64,000 nt of DNA, from IMG/VR virus record IMGVR_UViG_3300037067_022526, positions 73,763 through 137,762 of that record. One strand, given 5' to 3'. A program made the position numbers and the translations under genes. A model generated the notes under the pieces. That model had not been told where the DNA came from. It did not search any database and saw only the letters and a program-made list of their open reading frames with translations. Positions 58,980 through 64,000 of the stretch are shown here, piece by piece. Position 1 is the stretch's first letter, and the number at the start of each line of letters is the position of its first letter. This DNA is from a virus. Its lineage: Duplodnaviria > Caudoviricetes.

Positions 58980-59345
58980 TTGGGAACTAAACTATTCCGT
59001 GGATTATTGGCCGGTGTTTGGTATATCGTTCCAGAAATTTTTTGGAGATCAAAATTGAACAATAAAAACACACAAACTGTTCCAGCAAAGAATATTGGTC
59101 AAGGAGAATTTTTCCGTAAACGAACGGGGGAGTATGTTCATCTTAAGCTGTCTGATTCTTCGACCAAATTTTTGGGACTTGATACGAATTACGTTTATGG
59201 TGTAACTCATAATGGAAATATGAGTAAACTAAATCCGGAAACTCAGGTAGTTAAAACTGATTTATGGCAATTTCTTCGTAATATTGAAACCGAGCGCGAA
59301 TGGAATAACCAATTTGCCCGGAGTGAAGTAATTAGTAGTGATTGA
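58980..59345 (+). CDS. hypothetical protein (start uncertain)
   Basis: ORF in co-directional run. Confidence 0.45.
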   Translation: MGTKLFRGLLAGVWYIVPEIFWRSKLNNKNTQTVPAKNIGQGEFFRKRTGEYVHLKLSDSSTKFLGLDTNYVYGVTHNGNMSKLNPETQVVKTDLWQFLRNIETEREWNNQFARSEVISSD

Positions 59346-59396
59346 AGTGTATCACATAACCCCGACTAATGAGCAAAGAAAAAATCTGAGTACACA

Positions 59397-59849
59397 ATGC
59401 CAGACCCTTTAGGGCAGAACATAGGAAGAGAAATGACCAAAACTGAACGTATTCAACAATTAGTTCGAAATTTTATTCAGGATAATTCGGGCGGTGCAAA
59501 ATATACCGAAGTGTTAACTCACATATTTTATGCCATGCATGCATCGGCAGTAGAGGAAAAGGACACAAGTCTAAATAAAGATACATCGCTTGATGACATA
59601 GAATCTGTTATACGATCCATGCCCGACATAAAAGTTCTTGATTATGGCTGGCAAATGGACAAGGATCTTTGGAGAGAGAAAATGTTTGTCTATACTCCGC
59701 TGCCGCAATCCAATGGCGCTAACATTCGACCTGATCCACCAGTCTGGAAAGGTAAGTGGTATTCTATTTGTTCTATCCACAAAGAATATAGGTCAAACTG
59801 TGATATATGTAATGTTGGACGATGGATTAGTGATGACGAAACAATTTAG
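59397..59849 (+). CDS. hypothetical protein
   Basis: WYSICSIH...CDICNVG. Confidence 0.55.
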   Translation: MPDPLGQNIGREMTKTERIQQLVRNFIQDNSGGAKYTEVLTHIFYAMHASAVEEKDTSLNKDTSLDDIESVIRSMPDIKVLDYGWQMDKDLWREKMFVYTPLPQSNGANIRPDPPVWKGKWYSICSIHKEYRSNCDICNVGRWISDDETI

Positions 59850-60035
59850 CCATTGGCTTTATTTGAAAGACCCCCAAATGTGGCAGGAGTGGGCCAATCG
59901 TCCTGACTCTGCATCTCGTGAATTCGTAGAAAAGTCTTGATTCCTGTTTTGTCCGATGGTATAATAATGTAGAAAATCGAATCAAAGGGGTGAAATCATG
60001 TCAAAACTAGTTAATTCCTCTCAAGGAGAAATGGA

Positions 60036-63000
60036 ATGAATTCAATCAAAAGTTTGGTACTAGTAGCATTTTGTGTGTTAATGAGTAAGTTTGTTTTTGC
60101 TGGTCCGCCAATAATATGTGAGGGATACAGCCCCAATTATCAATATACAACGCCCGTTGAATTAGCCAAAGGAATCAACAGCATCTTTGTTGGACAACAC
60201 CTGCCTATAAGTCTTGATAATTTTCACGATATTGATTATTTAAGTGGGAATGGGTGGAACAATGAATATCGGGAAGATGCGTTAGAAATAACAAAAATTT
60301 GGATATGTAAACCATGCGGAACCTATGTTACTGGTGGCGTTGAGTTGCTTTCTAGCTTTGTCGCTAATGAACCGGGTCTTCACACGATGGAAGTGACTTT
60401 AGATGACGGAGTTGGAGAATATTCATGTCCAGATGATGAGGCCACTATCAGTCTATCGTTTTTTGTGCAGCCAATGCAGGATAAATGTCCATACTGTGAT
60501 AAACATACGGTTAAAAATTTATTAGGTCTAAATGACCTATCTATACAATTTGGTCTCGGTAACCATGCCGAGGGCGATTCGGCGGGTGCATTGACCATAG
60601 AAACTTCAGTTCCAACTATTCAAATGACCATGCCCGATGGTCTTTCTTATATTTTTGACACTAATGACGTTTCCGATATCGATGTTATACACGAAGATCC
60701 CAACGATGTCAATACTCCACTCTACCAAATTTGCACACCACAAATATTAGCAGAAATTAATGAAATTGACGATTATAGTTATTCTATCTCATTATTTGAT
60801 AAAAATAATATTGGTGTTAAAAGCGGCGGTTTTTATAATCAATCTGGGAAAAATACGTTTAGAGAATGGATTATTGAAAATCCAGATCCAAACACAGTAA
60901 GTAAAATATTGGTATCTGAATATTATGAAGGGAGCCAAACTCCCCGAGTTAAGTATGAGTATATTGGGGATGATAAAAACTGGACTGTTCATTATATAGA
61001 TCCAGAAGCTCAAAGTGGATATTTGAAAACAGAATCAATAGTTTGGTCGGTAGACCCAAATGATTCTAATATTCCGGTTTGTACTTATACAGTGAATCAT
61101 TCTGACAATACTGAAATTTACAAAGAAGTCACTAAGTGTAATAAAAAAGTCTGGAAACATTGGGTAAGTGGACAGAGCACCGAGGAAGAATTTTTATATC
61201 CATCCCAAACATCTATTGATCCGAATGGGTTAAATTTAACATCGTCTTGGACTTACGATTTATCCGGCGGCGGTATTACACTCACTAGTGAAAAAAATCC
61301 AGATGGCTCATGGATGTGGTATCAACAAACCAAAGACCAGTCTTATTTCTATATCAGAGAAATTTCTGGGTGGGGAGATGCCTCATACCCTGAATCTTGT
61401 CCTCAAATTGATGACCCAAACGTCCAATCAACTGAGCTGCGATTTGAATTAGACAATTATCAACTTGCGGCGACTATTCGCCGATTGGGTGGGAATATAG
61501 TCGAGTACTTGGATTATGATTACAATGATCCAAATAGTATTGATTCAACAGAGATGAGTCGTATTGCTCCGAGTAGTGGATATGGAATTGAAACAATTCG
61601 AAAATTTGATGATAATAATTTTGATAGATTATCTTCAATTCAATATGCAACTGGTAAAATGGACTCATTTACATATGACGACTCAATGACGTTTACTCCG
61701 TCGGCCAACCCAGCAACAACTTTGCCAACATGGAGCTTAAATTCAAATGATGGACAGGGGTATCGATATAAATACACTATTCATGGATACACAAACGGAT
61801 CGACCCTAGCGGTAATGCCGTATAAATCAACGGCGGACATTGCCATAATGGACTCAATCGGTAATATAGTCTGCGAAGTCACATCGGCATATGTGACCAC
61901 TGATCCCAATATGCCAGCTACATCTTGTGTGATAGATTGGACTAACTATGTTTATAACGAAGAGGGCAAATTAACTGATACCTACAAAAATAACGGTGAG
62001 CATACTAGTGTGGAATATTTAAGCTGTTGTAGCTCTCGTCTAACAGACTCATCCGGCATTCAAACTACAACCGAAACAGACTTGTTGGGCCGCCCATCAA
62101 ATATTGTTCGACATGTTCCAACAAGTGGATCCTATACTCAAAACGATGTGACAACCAACTATAATTACGATACAGCACTACAGACGACCATTACCGTTTA
62201 TTCAGGTAGTTTGGAAGCGGAAACTCTGCAAAAATTCGACAAAAATAACAGAATGATTTCAATAACCAACAACGTTGGTAATGATAATTCCATGAAAACT
62301 ATCTACGATTACAGTATGGTTTCTGGAAGTGGGCAAAAGGTAATAACTTATTCTGATTATGACGCCGATGCAACATCTGGCACGAGTGGAGTCAGGGATA
62401 ATATCGTTGAATATTACCGAGATGGCAATGTTAAATCAATTAGCGGTGCCGTTCCTGTGGATTCTGGTTATTTTTACTCTTCAGACGCCAACGGTCATGT
62501 TGTTGCCAAAAAGACCATAGGGAGCATCAATTCCAACGCATCCCGCTATGTTGAAACAACTTATAATATGCAAGGATTAATTTCTAATATACAAAAACCA
62601 GGTTGGGCGAGCAGTGGAACAGTATCTGTCAATTCTGCGTATAACTATAACTCGGCAGGACAACTAAATACAGTGGATTCAGACGGTTACCCAATAATCA
62701 AGTATGAATATGATGAATTGGGCAATTTGGATCGACGTGGGTTTCCCGTCGATCCAAATAATGCTCTTAATTTATCTGGATTAGATCGAATAACTGACCG
62801 AAAAATTGAATTTTATAAAGACGGATCGAATAATTGGTGGAAATCTAAAGAAATTATCACTTATCCAATAGATAATAATGATACTGGAATTACATCATCC
62901 AAATCTTACATTCGCCTTACTGGATTCCCTAGTGGGGCGTTTTATGAGGAACGATATGCTGGTAGCGATGGCGCGGAAACAATATCAATTGTATCGGTTA

Positions 63001-64000
63001 ACTCTTCTCAGGCATTAACCACGAGAACAACCAATTATCCAGACAGCTCTATCAGTGATGTATCAGTTTTTCACGGGAATTTGTTAATGTCAGAAACAGA
63101 TAAAACAGGTGAAAACGTATCTTACACGTATGACAGTTTTGGTCGTATTTTCACAAAAACAACGGAACGAGGCATAACAACTACTATAGTTCGTGATGAT
63201 TTGGGTCGTACTATTTGCATTGATGATGACAGTAATATGCCTACCAGTTACACATATTATGATCCCGGAGAGACTGAGGGAGGGGCTTATTCCGGTCTAA
63301 TAGAATCTGTTGAAAACCAATCTGGTAAAAAAACTTATTTTAGCTATGATGCTGCTGGAAGAAAATCTCAGGTCTGGGGAGATGTGCCTTACGAAACTAC
63401 AACTGAATTCAATGAATTTGGACAAGAGATATCGATAATTACCACCAGAGATGGCGAAATAGAAGATACTACGACATGGGATTATCACGATGCAACTGGC
63501 TTGTTAAACAGAAAAATTTATAGCGATAGTTCTGAGGTAACTTATACATATACTGCCGATGGTCGTAAAAACACTCGAACTTGGAACCGGGGAGTTGTAA
63601 AAACTTATGAATATGACCCAAATATTCCTAATAATTTAATTGGCGTAGACTACGACGACAATACTCCTAGTGTTGAATTCTCATATGGCAGAGCCGGACA
63701 AATCCAGCAAATTTCCGATGCTACTGGTATCAGATCAATTAGTTTTAGTGTTATTGAAACAGGAGCATATAAACTAACTTCTCAGTCTTTTAATTCCTCA
63801 TCTATGTTCCCAAATTTTACAATTACTAGTATTTATGAGGATTCTGCTCCTTCTCGTTTTACTGGAATACAGATCAGTGATCCGAATAATACTTATTACA
63901 CTACCAGTTATGGCTATGACACGTATGGTCGTCCTAATCATATTCTAGGTCCTGGACTTCCCACTGGAAGTACCAGTGGTGCTTATTATTATTCACGAGC
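60036..64000 (+). CDS. secreted RHS/YD-repeat protein, truncated by window end (absent from ORF track)
   Basis: promoter TTGATT-N17-TATAAT (59937-59965), RBS aaggag, signal peptide MNSIKSLVLVAF; YEYDELGN, YTYDSFGR, YTYTADGR; frame spot-checked only. Confidence 0.85.
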   Translation, partial: MNSIKSLVLVAFCVLMSKFVFAGPPIICEGYSPNYQYTTPVELAKGINSIFVGQHLPISLDNFHDIDYLSGNGWNNEYREDALEITKIWICKPCGTYVTGGVELLSSFVANEPGLHTMEVTLDDGVGEYSCPDDEATISLSFFVQPMQDKCPYCDKHTVKNLLGLNDLSIQFGLGNHAEGDSAGALTIETSVPTIQMTMPDGLSYIFDTNDVSDIDVIHEDPNDVNTPLYQICTPQILAEINEIDDYSYSISLFDKNNIGVKSGGFYNQSGKNTFREWIIENPDPNTVSKILVSEYYEGSQTPRVKYEYIGDDKNWTVHYIDPEAQSGYLKTESIVWSVDPNDSNIPVCTYTVNHSDNTEIYKEVTKCNKKVWKHWVSGQSTEEEFLYPSQTSIDPNGLNLTSSWTYDLSGGGITLTSEKNPDGSWMWYQQTKDQSYFYIREISGWGDASYPESCPQIDDPNVQSTELRFELDNYQLAATIRRLGGNIVEYLDYDYNDPNSIDSTEMSRIAPSSGYGIETIRKFDDNNFDRLSSIQYATGKMDSFTYDDSMTFTPSANPATTLPTWSLNSNDGQGYRYKYTIHGYTNGSTLAVMPYKSTADIAIMDSIGNIVCEVTSAYVTTDPNMPATSCVIDWTNYVYNEEGKLTDTYKNNGEHTSVEYLSCCSSRLTDSSGIQTTTETDLLGRPSNIVRHVPTSGSYTQNDVTTNYNYDTALQTTITVYSGSLEAETLQKFDKNNRMISITNNVGNDNSMKTIYDYSMVSGSGQKVITYSDYDADATSGTSGVRDNIVEYYRDGNVKSISGAVPVDSGYFYSSDANGHVVAKKTIGSINSNASRYVETTYNMQGLISNIQKPGWASSGTVSVNSAYNYNSAGQLNTVDSDGYPIIKYEYDELGNLDRRGFPVDPNNALNLSGLDRITDRKIEFYKDGSNNWWKSKEIITYPIDNNDTGITSSKSYIRLTGFPSGAFYEERYAGSDGAETISIVSVNSSQALTTRTTNYPDSSISDVSVFHGNLLMSETDKTGENVSYTYDSFGRIFTKTTERGITTTIVRDDLGRTICIDDDSNMPTSYTYYDPGETEGGAYSGLIESVENQSGKKTYFSYDAAGRKSQVWGDVPYETTTEFNEFGQEISIITTRDGEIEDTTTWDYHDATGLLNRKIYSDSSEVTYTYTADGRKNTRTWNRGVVKTYEYDPNIPNNLIGVDYDDNTPSVEFSYGRAGQIQQISDATGIRSISFSVIETGAYKLTSQSFNSSSMFPNFTITSIYEDSAPSRFTGIQISDPNNTYYTTSYGYDTYGRPNHILGPGLPTGSTSGAYYYSR

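Noticed and set aside
1-64000. Genome-wide TAG recoding
   Set aside because: Long conserved genes are intact in code 11, and dnaJ and the second NADAR end at TAG at their expected lengths

Overview
64 kb of an AT-rich, gene-dense jumbo/huge-phage genome. The evidence is many short unknown ORFs, sigma70-type promoters, a tRNA array, a capsid-fold protein and an intein-bearing virion gene, with no core bacterial operons. Several genes hint at a PVC-group (Planctomycetota-like) host, but that is inference. Recognisable modules: DUF4419, a DNA methyltransferase, KamA with a 67%-GC patch, a glycosyltransferase cluster, 7 tRNAs without encoded CCA, RNA repair/maturation genes (RNA ligase-like, RtcB, CCA-adding enzyme), two NADARs, RNase HI, DnaJ, a sigma factor, S1 and S8 proteases, IS200/IS605 end remnants, a mini-intein next to a free-standing endonuclease, ART-like proteins and a truncated RHS/YD protein. 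The top finding is a 22-codon leader peptide upstream of the tRNA array. Its central codons (Leu, Asp, Tyr, Cys, Trp) match the seven downstream tRNAs, and it sits in mutually exclusive antiterminator/terminator hairpins. This looks like a ribosome-stalling attenuator that switches on phage tRNAs when the matching host tRNAs fail. All calls come from motif reading by eye; no searches were run.
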